From assembly GCA_963662795.1 (NCBI GenBank), contig OY759746.1, positions 3,808,001-3,872,000 of the forward strand: a stretch of 64,000 nt of DNA, read 5' to 3'. The stretch comes from Spirochaetia bacterium (GTDB taxonomy: Bacteria; Spirochaetota; Spirochaetia; CADAEX01). The position numbers and the translations under genes are program-made. The notes below the pieces were generated by a model. That model was given only the letters and a program-made list of their open reading frames with translations, made no database searches and was not told the origin of the DNA. Positions within the stretch are counted from its first letter, which is position 1. Every line of letters starts with the position of its first letter. Below, one piece after another: positions 1 through 9,602 of this stretch.

Positions 1-636
1 GAGAGTTATCTTGAAACCGTTAACCTTTACAGGTCAGCAAACGGGGATGATATTCCTGAAAATCTTCTTCTTACCGGAATTAAAAACTCCCCTGCCCTAA
101 AAATCAAAACTCTCGCGGTCAGTCAGGCAGAGCTCGAAAAATCGTTAAAAATAAGAGAATACAACCCTGTTGTAAACCTAACAGCAGGCAGCACAGTTTC
201 AGATATCAGTGATACTACCCGAAACACAAGCATATCACTTTCCGCCTCTTTTCCCATTTCCCGATGGGACAGAAAAAACACTCTTAAACAATCAGATATT
301 TCTATTACATCTGCAAAAACGTCTGAAGATGAGGCATTAAGGGAATATACGGTTGAAACAGCAAACGCATGGGTTGAACTTGTATCTTCCGCCCAGGCTG
401 TTTCTTCTGCCGGTATAGCGTTGGAATATGCAGAAGAATATTATAACGAGATTAATGCCCGCTTCATGCTCTCGGCGGAGAGCATATCAACACTGATGGA
501 TGCGGAAGCTGACAAGATAGACGCACAAAGCTCCTATACAACAGCCAAATTTGATTTTTTAAAAAATATATCTGAGCTGATCTATCTCACAGGACTTGAA
601 AGCAGCAACAGGCTGATTGATATTTTAAAGGAGTAA
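1..636 (+). CDS. TolC-family outer membrane efflux protein, 5'-truncated by window edge
   Basis: Frame 1 is open from base 1. It reads NSPALKIKTLAVSQAELEK..YNPVVNL..SISLSASFPI..YNEINARF..STLMDAE..LIYLTG, the outer membrane efflux (OEP) repeat pattern. Confidence 0.75.
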   Translation, partial: ESYLETVNLYRSANGDDIPENLLLTGIKNSPALKIKTLAVSQAELEKSLKIREYNPVVNLTAGSTVSDISDTTRNTSISLSASFPISRWDRKNTLKQSDISITSAKTSEDEALREYTVETANAWVELVSSAQAVSSAGIALEYAEEYYNEINARFMLSAESISTLMDAEADKIDAQSSYTTAKFDFLKNISELIYLTGLESSNRLIDILKE

Positions 637-739
637 TTGCAGTTTAAGATTTATCGGGAGAATACCGGAATAATTTTTTTCAGGATAAAGCAGCTTTATA
701 ACCAATATCATTGATAATTTATCAAAAAATAATTATAAA

Positions 740-933
740 GGCGGCCATAAATTCCTGGTGCAATAAGCCAATATTGTGACAGGAGTTTTAAGTGAGTTAC
801 AAAAGAATGAATCTTAATGAAAGAATGGCCATTTTACAGATGATTTATACCAAAGATCAGGGCAAGAAAAACTCTTGACTTCATAACACCTAAAGAAGCT
901 ATTGCCAATTTGCGCCAGGAATTTCTGTGCACA
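740..933 (+). mobile_element. Internally deleted IS30-family element (MITE-like)
   Basis: 26-bp imperfect terminal inverted repeats (GGCGGCCATAAATTCCTGGTGCAATA vs revcomp of 908-933, 18/26). Inside are an RBS+GTG start MSYKRMNLNERMAI and an IS30-type C-terminus RARKTLDFITPKEA. Confidence 0.7.
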
Positions 934-984
934 AAATTATATAATTGCATTTCTATACCGTTCAACTTATAATAATTATTGCTT

Positions 985-3393
985 ATGTATTTAAAAAATA
1001 ATTATTATTTAAACAAATTGGTAAATTATTTTTTCATTATTTTCCTGCCGATATGCATTTCCATCATTGCGGCATCATATGCCGGATACTACCTGCAGCA
1101 TGTAGTTAAGCATAAAATGAACATTAAAATTCAGGAATACAACACAGTCAAGACACAGAAAGAAATTGCATACTTCATCATTCAGTCAGTAATTTCTGAT
1201 ATCAAAATAATTTCTTCCAATTATGAGCTCAAATTATTAATTGATAAAAATTATGATAAAAATCAGCTGACATTACCCCGTAATTTCCTGTCAATTTCAA
1301 AGTATAAGGGCACATATGACCAGATCCGGGTACTTGATACCACGGGAATGGAAAGACTAAGAATCGACTTAAAAGAAGAAAACCCGGTATTTATCGAAGA
1401 AAGCCGATTGCAGTTTAAGGGGGACCGGTATTATTTTCAGGATACATTTGAATTAAATGAGGAGGAAATTTATTTTTCACCATTTGACCTCAACATAGAG
1501 CATGGAAGTTTAGAAATACCCTATAAGCCGATGATACGGGTCGGTACCCCGATTTTCGGCAGTCAGCACGAAAAAAAGGGAATAATACTTCTGAACTATC
1601 TTGGTGACAGATTAATTGAAAAAATGGTAAGTCTTAAATCACCGAAAAGCCGTTTTTTTATATTAAATGCCGAAAGCTATTATCTGTATTCAGAGGATAA
1701 GGAGAAGACCTGGGGTTTTATGTTTGAAGAGAAAAAAGGTGTTAATTTCTCAAACGACTTTAATAATGAATGGAATATAATGAAGAAAGAGGATTGCGGC
1801 CAGTATTTTAATGACAAAGGGTTGTTTACATTTGAGAAAATCTATCCGTTAAAATCCGTCAGTGACAAAATAAAGTCTTCAACCGGGTCAGCTGATGCCT
1901 ATGATAAAAGTACAGGCTATATACCGGCTGAAGATTTCCACTGGATATTATTATCATTCATTCCAGATAAAGATATTCATGCGACTGAGGAAAACCTCGA
2001 ACTGTTTATTATTGCAGCTGATATCCTTCTGATTATTTTTTCAGGCATCATGGCCTTCGCGTTGGCAAGGCAAAAGGTTAAGAGGAAAATTGCGGAAGAA
2101 GATTTATTAAACCTCAATAATGAACTGGAAGCAAGAATAAAGGACAGGACAAAAAAACTCTCTGAAGCCAATAAAAAAATAAAAGCGGAAATAGCAAAAT
2201 ATAAATTATTAGTTAAGGAAAAGCTTGAACTGGAAAAACATGTAACCCGGATGCAGAAACTGGAGGCGATAGGGACAATGGCAAACGGAATAGCACATGA
2301 TTTTAACAACATCCTGACTCCAATTGTAGGGTATGCCCAGGTTATGACGGAATCTTCGGATTATTCAAAATTCCCGCATTACAGTCAAAAAATATTAACG
2401 GCAAGCAACAGGGCCAAGGAACTTGTCAAACAGATACTGACCTTTTCAAGAGCGGAAGATGAGAAATATAAGTTAATAAGGATTAATGATGTGGCTAAGG
2501 ATGCCCTGGATATGGTTTCCACCTCTATTCCCTCGACAATTGAATTTAAAATAGATCTAAGTGAAGACTGCGGCACCATCTATGCAGATCCACTGCAGAT
2601 ACATCAGATAATAATCAACCTCTGCACTAACGCCTATCATGCAATGAGAAGCATGGAATATGGCGTGATTACAGTCGACCTAAAGGTCATTTATATCTCT
2701 AGAGGAAATATTATTAATAAAGTTGAGCTGAAAACAGGAAATTATGTGTGTTTGGCAATAAGCGATACCGGAACCGGCATAGCTGATGAAGATAAAGATA
2801 AAATATTTGATCCCTATTTTACGACCAAAGGCAATGAAGGAGGCACCGGACTGGGACTGGCCATTGTTAACAGAATTATTAAAAACATGGAAGGCGAAAT
2901 ATATGTTTACAGTCAAAAAGGAGAAGGAACAACCTTTAAATTATACATACCTCAGAAATCCGGTAATATAACGGCAAATAAAAATATAAATCTCACCGGG
3001 AAAAAACATCAATTCTCCGACTTGAGAATATTGCTTGTCGATGATGAAAAGGAAATTCTCGCGATAGAAGAACTGGTACTAAAAAACATGGGGTTCAGGA
3101 TAACTAAATTCAATCTGCCGGAAGAAGCCCTTGGATACTTTACCGGCAATTATAACGAAATCGATCTGGTAATAACAGATTCTTCAATGCCCAAAATCAA
3201 TGGATTAAAGTTATCAGAAGAATTGCTGAAAATAAAAAAAGATATTCCTGTCATACTCACAACAGGATTTATAAATAATAAAAATGAGCTCAGAGCTTAT
3301 AATATCGGGATAAAGAAAATTATTGTAAAACCATTACTAAGAGGAGAATTGATTAAGGCCATAAGCGAATGCATAAACCCGGAAAAAGAATAA
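985..3393 (+). CDS. Hybrid sensor histidine kinase/response regulator with periplasmic Cache-like sensor
   Basis: Two TM segments, H-box GIAHDFNNIL, N-box NLCTNA, G boxes DTGTGI and GTGLGL, C-terminal REC (LLVDDE..TDSSMP..KP). Confidence 0.92.
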   Translation: MYLKNNYYLNKLVNYFFIIFLPICISIIAASYAGYYLQHVVKHKMNIKIQEYNTVKTQKEIAYFIIQSVISDIKIISSNYELKLLIDKNYDKNQLTLPRNFLSISKYKGTYDQIRVLDTTGMERLRIDLKEENPVFIEESRLQFKGDRYYFQDTFELNEEEIYFSPFDLNIEHGSLEIPYKPMIRVGTPIFGSQHEKKGIILLNYLGDRLIEKMVSLKSPKSRFFILNAESYYLYSEDKEKTWGFMFEEKKGVNFSNDFNNEWNIMKKEDCGQYFNDKGLFTFEKIYPLKSVSDKIKSSTGSADAYDKSTGYIPAEDFHWILLSFIPDKDIHATEENLELFIIAADILLIIFSGIMAFALARQKVKRKIAEEDLLNLNNELEARIKDRTKKLSEANKKIKAEIAKYKLLVKEKLELEKHVTRMQKLEAIGTMANGIAHDFNNILTPIVGYAQVMTESSDYSKFPHYSQKILTASNRAKELVKQILTFSRAEDEKYKLIRINDVAKDALDMVSTSIPSTIEFKIDLSEDCGTIYADPLQIHQIIINLCTNAYHAMRSMEYGVITVDLKVIYISRGNIINKVELKTGNYVCLAISDTGTGIADEDKDKIFDPYFTTKGNEGGTGLGLAIVNRIIKNMEGEIYVYSQKGEGTTFKLYIPQKSGNITANKNINLTGKKHQFSDLRILLVDDEKEILAIEELVLKNMGFRITKFNLPEEALGYFTGNYNEIDLVITDSSMPKINGLKLSEELLKIKKDIPVILTTGFINNKNELRAYNIGIKKIIVKPLLRGELIKAISECINPEKE

Positions 3394-3537
3394 TAAAAGA
3401 ACAAGAAAAATACAGATGTATGTAATATTTTCATATAAAATGATTTTATACAGCCAATAAAATCTCATTCCTTTCATACAGCCAATATAGATAGCAAAAA
3501 ATGAAATGCAATTTTGATGTTTACATGGAGGTTTTGA

Positions 3538-4728
3538 ATGATTGAAAAAATTGATAAACCTTTACTTATGGTAATTGATGATGAAAAAGAGGTGGGAGAA
3601 TTTATAAAGGATATAGCAGAGTCTATCGGATATGACTGCTATGCCACAACAAGCGTTAATGATTTTTTAGAATCCGTTAAACCCGGCATACATTGCATCA
3701 TAATAGACCTGATGATGCCGGAGCTGGATGGGATTGAATTGCTGAGAAAATTAAGCGCGCAAAAATGTGTTACCAAAATAATTTTAATAAGCGGGTTTGA
3801 TAAAAAAGTATTGAAAACCGCGGAAAACCTGGCGAAGTCATTAGGTCTTGAAACTGTCGGTATTTTAGAAAAGCCGTTTAATCTTGACGATTTGCAGACA
3901 TTATTAGCCAAAGCTAAAAATCAACTGCCTGTAACTAAATATCAAAATACAGGCAGACAATTTGTACAGCTGACAGAAGATGAAATTAAAGAGTCGCTGA
4001 AAGAAGGCTATATTTTCATGAATTATCAGCCTCAAATAAAATTACCGTCGCGCCAGGTTACCGGAATAGAAGCCCTTGTCAGGATCAGGCACCCTGTTAA
4101 AGGATTGATCCCGCCGGATATGTTTATTCCGGGAACTGAAAAGTACGGATTGATCAATGAGCTGACATTTCAGGTCATTGAAAATACTATTAGGGATTAT
4201 AAGAAATTATCCCCAGATCATGTTATAAGCATTTCCATTAACATTTCATCGAAATCACTTACAGACCTCTCCATTCCTGATAGACTGGTTAGATTAGCAA
4301 ATCAATACGATGTCAGCCTTGATCATTTTATTCTTGAAATAACAGAAAGCGGATTGATAAAGGAATATCAGAAAGCACTGGATATCCTGGTCAGATTGAG
4401 AATGAAAAATATGCATCTATCAATTGATGATTTCGGTACCGGATATTCTTCAATGTCCCAAATAAGGAAAATCCCCGCTTCGGAACTCAAGATAGACAAG
4501 AGTTTTATTAATGATCTTTTAACAGATGAGGGAGCCCGTTCCCTCATAATCAAAACTATAGAAATCGGCCACATTCTTGATATGATCGTCGTGGCAGAGG
4601 GAGTTGAGACGAAAGAACAGGAACTGGAACTGGAAAAGCTGGGATGTGATATAATTCAGGGTTATCTTTACAGCAAACCTCTTGATATTACTTGCCTTAT
4701 TGAGTGGATCAATAATTACAATAGATGA
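3538..4728 (+). CDS. Response regulator with REC + EAL (c-di-GMP phosphodiesterase) domains
   Basis: VIDDE..DLMMP..EKP receiver; EAL, EITES, DDFGTGYSS, AEGVE, QGY motifs. Confidence 0.93.
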   Translation: MIEKIDKPLLMVIDDEKEVGEFIKDIAESIGYDCYATTSVNDFLESVKPGIHCIIIDLMMPELDGIELLRKLSAQKCVTKIILISGFDKKVLKTAENLAKSLGLETVGILEKPFNLDDLQTLLAKAKNQLPVTKYQNTGRQFVQLTEDEIKESLKEGYIFMNYQPQIKLPSRQVTGIEALVRIRHPVKGLIPPDMFIPGTEKYGLINELTFQVIENTIRDYKKLSPDHVISISINISSKSLTDLSIPDRLVRLANQYDVSLDHFILEITESGLIKEYQKALDILVRLRMKNMHLSIDDFGTGYSSMSQIRKIPASELKIDKSFINDLLTDEGARSLIIKTIEIGHILDMIVVAEGVETKEQELELEKLGCDIIQGYLYSKPLDITCLIEWINNYNR

Positions 4729-4822
4729 TCAGAAATTCCTATCGTAATAAACTGATATTGTGTCGCGGGTGCGGGAAACCTGGAAAACAATTCTCTGTAG
4801 ATTGTTTTCACTTCAAGAGATA

Positions 4823-4975
4823 TTAGCTTCCTGCTGATTTTTCTTTTTTTCTGAAATTCGAATTCAGATTACAACAATCCGGTTTACCATTCCCATATAA
4901 GTTTTTATTCACTTTTTCCATACGTTCAAGATAATTCATAAAACTGTCTTTTATCTTTATAAAAAAGTTTTTCAT
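4823..4975 (-). CDS. Small LDCC-motif-like putative metal-binding protein (50 aa, not in ORF track)
   Basis: MKNFFIKIKDSFMNYLERMEKVNKNLYGNGKPDCCNLNSNFRKKEKSAGS, with an AAGGAG RBS right after the SHOCT gene stop. Confidence 0.7.
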   Translation of the reverse strand: MKNFFIKIKDSFMNYLERMEKVNKNLYGNGKPDCCNLNSNFRKKEKSAGS

Positions 4976-4987
4976 TATACTTTCTCC

Positions 4988-5212
4988 TTATTTGAGTTTT
5001 TCTTTAAGCTGCTCAAATTCCTCAATACTTATTTCACCTTTTGCCAGGCGGTTTTTCAAAATAGCAAGAGCCTCATCATCATTAACACTTTTCCTGTTTT
5101 TTCTCGGAATAAAAACAACTGCAAGTACAATAATAAGTATTATTAATCCTAAAAACATATATCCTCCTCCATAAAAAGGAAATCTGCAGAACTGATTAAA
5201 ATAGTAACCCAT
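4988..5212 (-). CDS. SHOCT domain-containing small membrane protein
   Basis: TM helix then ALAILKNRLAKGEISIEEFEQLK; GGAGGAG RBS. Confidence 0.88.
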   Translation of the reverse strand: MGYYFNQFCRFPFYGGGYMFLGLIILIIVLAVVFIPRKNRKSVNDDEALAILKNRLAKGEISIEEFEQLKEKLK

Positions 5213-5286
5213 GTTTCTCCTCCATAATTGTTAAACAATCTATATACATATAATATACTAATTCCTATGTATTTTATATGATATAA

Positions 5287-5307
5287 ATGTGAAGATTTGA
5301 TGAATTG
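5287..5307 (-). promoter_or_regulatory. Possible OmpR-family direct-repeat box upstream of SHOCT-LDCC
   Basis: Minus strand TTCATCAAATCTTCACATTT (TTCA repeated at 11 bp) just upstream of an AT-rich -10-like region. Confidence 0.35.
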
Positions 5308-5501
5308 CAAGAATTATATGCAGGATTTGCCCGGCAGAACCCATCCCGTCAATGACATTTTCAAAATACCTGAACGAGAAAATCTGCTTTCCATATCCCC
5401 GTGGAGGGTGTAGGATACTGCCAAAGAAGCATTATTACGAAGAAGAAAAACACTATATACTCCTCTATACCAAAAAAAATATTCTCGAAGGAATAATATG
5501 T

Positions 5502-5939
5502 ATGCTTGAAATCAAAAGAATAGAAAATACAGACCTTAAGGATTTATCATTATTATTCAAAGAACTATCAGGCAAAAAGAGCATTTGGGAAAATATGATT
5601 AAAAACTTTGAATTGATCAATAAAAATGGAGATTATATTCTCCTTGGTGCCAAATATTATGGGGAACTGGTTGGTTCTTTAATGGGTATCCTCTGTCTCG
5701 ATCTTGTTGGAGAATGCAAACCATTTATGGTAATTGAAAACGTAATAGTGTTAAGTAAAGCAAGAGGTAAAGGTATCGGGAAAAAACTAATGATAGAGAT
5801 AGAAAGAATCGGAAAGAAAAAAAACTGTCATTACATAATATTTGTATCTGGGGCTAATCGAAAGGATGCTCATAAATTCTATGAATCTTTAGGCTATAAA
5901 CTTGATAAAGTACAAGGATTTAAAAAAATATTGGGATAA
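5502..5939 (+). CDS. GNAT family N-acetyltransferase
   Basis: IENVIV..ARGKGIGKKL acetyl-CoA motif and AHKFYESLGY; ATG at 5502 follows AAGGA. Confidence 0.88.
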   Translation: MLEIKRIENTDLKDLSLLFKELSGKKSIWENMIKNFELINKNGDYILLGAKYYGELVGSLMGILCLDLVGECKPFMVIENVIVLSKARGKGIGKKLMIEIERIGKKKNCHYIIFVSGANRKDAHKFYESLGYKLDKVQGFKKILG

Positions 5940-6439
5940 AAAATTTTATCTAAAATGTACAGGGAAAGTAATTACCTGAAAGTCATCCTTATCCTGCGAT
6001 AAATTACACTTTTCATATCCCAATGATTGATGCAGAAAATCCGATAGCAAATTATTGGAATATAAACAGAGTGTGCACAGGTGAGTAATTACCCCTCAGG
6101 CGTCCACCCCCGGACATTCACCATGGCCTCCACAGCAAGCGCCTCCAGCTTTTTGAACTGCAGAACAAAGCCGGTTATAAGACTTTTTTATTATTTGTTC
6201 TTGTTTTAATACCAAAAACACATTATAACATTCTTCAGTTGAAGATAACAGAAAAAACTGGAGGGTTTCACGGGAATTGAAATGTATAATAATACTGATG
6301 AGCAAAGTATATATTATATCAGAAAAAATTTAATGACTTATAATCTGAAGCATCTGGAAGTAAGGGACAGGAATAAATATTTGCGAGACATAGACTTGAA
6401 TGCTGAAAAATTAATTTTAAAGAAATATTGAGGCAGATA

Positions 6440-6991
6440 ATGAATGATAAAAACAGGAAATTATCAAATCCCTTAAGGGTAGCGGAATTATCCCCGGCAG
6501 AAACGCTTAAAAAAATCGGATTTAATAAAAATGACGTTCTGTGCGATATTGGCGCCGGCACAGGTGTTTTTACTTTTCCGGCAGCTCTAATAACCGGGAA
6601 CTTTGTATATGCCCTTGATATAGACAAGGATTCACTAGATATAATAAAAGACACAGCTTATAAAGAAAACCTGACAAACATCAAGACACAGCTTATATCA
6701 GGTTACCCGTATGAATTAAATGCTGAATCCATGGATTTAGTTCTGCTTTGTACGGTTTTTCATGAAATAGAAGCCAAAGAAAATCTGTTAAATGAAATAA
6801 GAAGAGTGATGAAAAAGGGAGGAAAACTTGCGTTTATTGAATTTCACAAGCGGCAGACTCCCATGGGACCTTCCATATCTCACCGCATCTCTAAGGAAGA
6901 AGTAATGCAATCTGCGTTAAGTATGGGCTTCATTAAAGCAGAGGATTTTGTTCTCGGAGAGAATTTTTATTGTATTGTATTTAAAAAATAA
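6440..6991 (+). CDS. Class I SAM-dependent methyltransferase
   Basis: LCDIGAGTG motif I, VYALDID, FHEI, GPSISHRIS; ATG at 6440 follows GAGG. Confidence 0.88.
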   Translation: MNDKNRKLSNPLRVAELSPAETLKKIGFNKNDVLCDIGAGTGVFTFPAALITGNFVYALDIDKDSLDIIKDTAYKENLTNIKTQLISGYPYELNAESMDLVLLCTVFHEIEAKENLLNEIRRVMKKGGKLAFIEFHKRQTPMGPSISHRISKEEVMQSALSMGFIKAEDFVLGENFYCIVFKK

Positions 6992-7311
6992 TATCTTTTA
7001 GAATGTCTAGACTGTTATTAATATAACCTGCCAGGTACAATTACCTTAAAACAGTTATTTACAATTCAGCTTACCGCGAAAAAACAATCCGCTGACTGGG
7101 ATCGGACCCGTGGCAAGATCATTACGGGTGATCCTCTAGCTTCAGTTATACATGTGGTTCGGCGATGTAAGCTTTCACTTGACCGGAAGACCGCCCCGCT
7201 GTATGATTTTATCAGATGTCCGGTGATCCTGATGCGTATCCGGCCCAAGGGGTTCCGGGAGCAAAAAATATTTCCGGCTTCATATCCTGCGGAATGAGGT
7301 CTGTTATAATA

Positions 7312-8487
7312 ATGAGTATGTACCCGTTTACAGCCATTGTCGGTCAGGAGGCCATGAAAACAGCCCTGGTTCTTCACGCAATTGACCCTTCAATAGGCGG
7401 AGTGCTGATCCGGGGGCAAAAAGGAACTGCCAAGAGTACGGCAGTACGGGCGCTTGCCGGTCTTCTCCCTCCGATTCAGGCAGTTGAGGGATGTCCCTAC
7501 CACTGTCCGCCGAATGCAGATTTCTATATACATGAAGACTGCCGGAAGAAATCACAAAGCGGTGTTTCTTTTACTTCAATTGAGTGTCCGGTCCCGCTGG
7601 TCGAGCTGCCTCTTGGGGCTACCGAGGACAGACTTGCAGGGGCGCTGAATGTGGAGCGCGCCATTCGCGCAGGAGAGACAGTATTCGAACCAGGTTTGCT
7701 TGCAGCAGCCAACCGCGGCATACTCTATGTTGATGAAGTAAATCTTCTTGACGATCATCTGGTAGATCTTCTTCTTGATACAGCTGCATCCGGTATAAAC
7801 CATGTGGAACGGGAGGGGCGTTCTGTACTTCACCCGTCCAGGTTTATACTAATCGGCACCATGAACCCGGAAGAGGGGGAACTCCGCCCTCAGTTTCTCG
7901 ACCGTTTCGGCCTCTGCATCGGTGTTGCAGGAGAACAGGATATAAAAAAGCGCAGCGAGCTTGTCCGGCGGCGTCTTGCTTTTGAAAGAGACCCAATTGC
8001 ATTCTGTAATTCATGGAATGAAGCCCAGAGCGTTCTCCGCCGGCAGATAGTAAAAGCCCGCAGGAATCTATCCAGTGTATCCATCCCGGATGAAGCAATC
8101 GATGCAGCATCAGAACTGGCAATTAAAGTCGGTTCCCAGGGACACCGCGCAGAGATAACAATAGCAAAGGCTGCATCAGCCCTTGCAGCCTTTCAGGAGC
8201 GCGAGTCTGTAACACATGCAGATATAATTGAAGCAGCAACCATGGCACTGCCTCACCGCATAGACCGTTTTATCGAGCATGGCGGAGCAGACATTCCGAA
8301 AGAATTAAATGAGGCGTTATCTGCCGTTTTCGGCGAAATACCGTTTGTTCATAACGGGGATAAAACAGATGCTGACGGCAAATTTCCTGAGTTCGGCCTT
8401 GACGAAGATATTTTCCCTGGTTCCCACGCGGGCGGCATGCCCATCTTCGTATACTTAAAAAAAAAGCATCCAGCATTGTCCTTTTAG
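7312..8487 (+). CDS. Mg/Co chelatase small (ChlI-like AAA+) subunit, zero-frame product of a frameshifted chlD gene
   Basis: [18 protein letters not shown] Walker [38 protein letters not shown]. Confidence 0.92.
   Translation: MSMYPFTAIVGQEAMKTALVLHAIDPSIGGVLIRGQKGTAKSTAVRALAGLLPPIQAVEGCPYHCPPNADFYIHEDCRKKSQSGVSFTSIECPVPLVELPLGATEDRLAGALNVERAIRAGETVFEPGLLAAANRGILYVDEVNLLDDHLVDLLLDTAASGINHVEREGRSVLHPSRFILIGTMNPEEGELRPQFLDRFGLCIGVAGEQDIKKRSELVRRRLAFERDPIAFCNSWNEAQSVLRRQIVKARRNLSSVSIPDEAIDAASELAIKVGSQGHRAEITIAKAASALAAFQERESVTHADIIEAATMALPHRIDRFIEHGGADIPKELNEALSAVFGEIPFVHNGDKTDADGKFPEFGLDEDIFPGSHAGGMPIFVYLKKKHPALSF
8457..8466 (+). other. Slippery site A9G (in-frame A_AAA_AAG)
   Basis: TTA AAA AAA AAG, followed by the zero-frame stop at 8485-8487; the downstream domain is in the -1 frame. 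Confidence 0.8.
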
Positions 8488-9263
8488 CAGACGAAACACC
8501 GCTTCGCCTCTCCTTTGAGGAGCACAACAGTCTGCCGAGACGCAAGGAGGTCCGCCCTTCCATCTGCGGCCGCCATATCGCGTCAATTCCACTTCAATCC
8601 GGAGAACATATAAATGAAATTGATCCCATTGCGACCTGTCTGGCAGCCGTTCTGCGCAAGAAACAGGGAAACAATGTTTTTGAAGATCACAGTGTTAAGG
8701 CACAGGATCTCAGGCGGCGGCTCCGGGTACAGCCTGTCAGAAAGACAATTATCTTCCTGATTGACGCATCAGAATCCATGCTGGTAAGTGAACAGATAAG
8801 ATTAGCAAAAGGAGCTGTTTTAGGTCTTCTTACCAGGGCTTATCAAGAGAGACACAGGGTCGGTGTAATTGTTTTTCGCGATTTGCGTGCAGAGGTAGTT
8901 CTGCCGCCTACATCAAGCATTACCCTTGCCCGAAACGCCCTTCAGGCCGTAGCTGCCGGAGGAGGAACTCCCTTTGCAGGCGGATTACAGGCTGTACTCA
9001 GGGTGGTCCGTTCTGAGCGCATCCGCCATCCGAATGACATTCAGCAGATGGTTCTGGTAACAGACGGGAGGCCGTCTATTACCATGCAGCCCGGGGCAAA
9101 CATGAGACAGGAAGTTTTATATATAGCGCATCAGTTTCCTGCCAGGAACATTCCGGCAATTGTTCTGGTTACGGAAGATACCTGCGATCTTATCAGGGAG
9201 GTTTCGGTTGAAATGAAAGCGCCTCTCCGTAAAATATCTGAGGTGGTTCAGAATAATTTTTGA
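8463..9263 (+). CDS. chlD: ChlD-like linker + vWA domain, -1 frame continuation of the upstream chelatase ORF
   Basis: The -1 frame is open from the A9G run. It reads IDPIATCLAA..DLRRRLR..IIFLIDASESM (MIDAS DxSxS)..GGGTPF..VTDGRP; the MIDAS lies upstream of the first ATG at 8778. Confidence 0.85.
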   Translation, partial: KASSIVLLADETPLRLSFEEHNSLPRRKEVRPSICGRHIASIPLQSGEHINEIDPIATCLAAVLRKKQGNNVFEDHSVKAQDLRRRLRVQPVRKTIIFLIDASESMLVSEQIRLAKGAVLGLLTRAYQERHRVGVIVFRDLRAEVVLPPTSSITLARNALQAVAAGGGTPFAGGLQAVLRVVRSERIRHPNDIQQMVLVTDGRPSITMQPGANMRQEVLYIAHQFPARNIPAIVLVTEDTCDLIREVSVEMKAPLRKISEVVQNNF

Positions 9264-9318
9264 TTGACAAAAGCTGCTTATAACCTGCAGGTTTCCTTAA
9301 AATAATCATAATATCAGG

Positions 9319-9343
9319 ATCCTGCCGCTTAATAAGGCAGGAT
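9319..9343. terminator. Stem-loop, probable terminator after chlD, just outside the island's left end
   Basis: ATCCTGCC-9nt-GGCAGGAT perfect 8-bp stem; weak U tail. Confidence 0.5.
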
Positions 9344-9365
9344 TACTTATGCATTTCAAATAATA

Positions 9366-9380
9366 AAAGCCGATGACGGG
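9366..9380 (-). repeat. att core copy (duplicate of tRNA-Thr 3' end)
   Basis: Identical to 15390-15404. Confidence 0.85.
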
Positions 9381-9602
9381 AATTTTATTTTAAAAATCAA
9401 TAAAATAAAGACTTTTTTAAATTGATATATTGCAGAAGAAACCAACAATGTTATTAATAAAAATATTATCCCAGCTTCTAAGGTTGGATCCATTTTGGGA
9501 CACAAAAAAAAAGGACATAATCCTCTATGGCTTTGTCTATCACGGAATAATCAATATATTTATATATTGATTAAGTATCAATTCTATTTATAATAATTTC
9601 AC

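Noticed and set aside
5352-5501. N-terminal extensions in the ORF track (also 7216-7311, 28535-28654, 51079-51222)
   Set aside because: Downstream ATGs have RBSs and match where family similarity begins.
6096-6305. 69-aa ORF ending GGACCGGHGECPG as a metal-binding peptide
   Set aside because: The N-terminal part is low-complexity AT-rich sequence without an RBS, and the repeat shared with 12684-12729 is conserved in a different frame.
7060-7300. Canonical cobalamin or NiCo riboswitch
   Set aside because: Only a weak B12-box-like 3' fragment. The GGGAA..GGTG..AATCC and GCCACTG..GGGAAGG motifs and NiCo conserved junctions are not found; kept only as an unclassified candidate.
8778-9263. Independent 161-aa vWA gene
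   Set aside because: It starts after the MIDAS motif and lacks an RBS; better explained as part of the frameshifted chlD.
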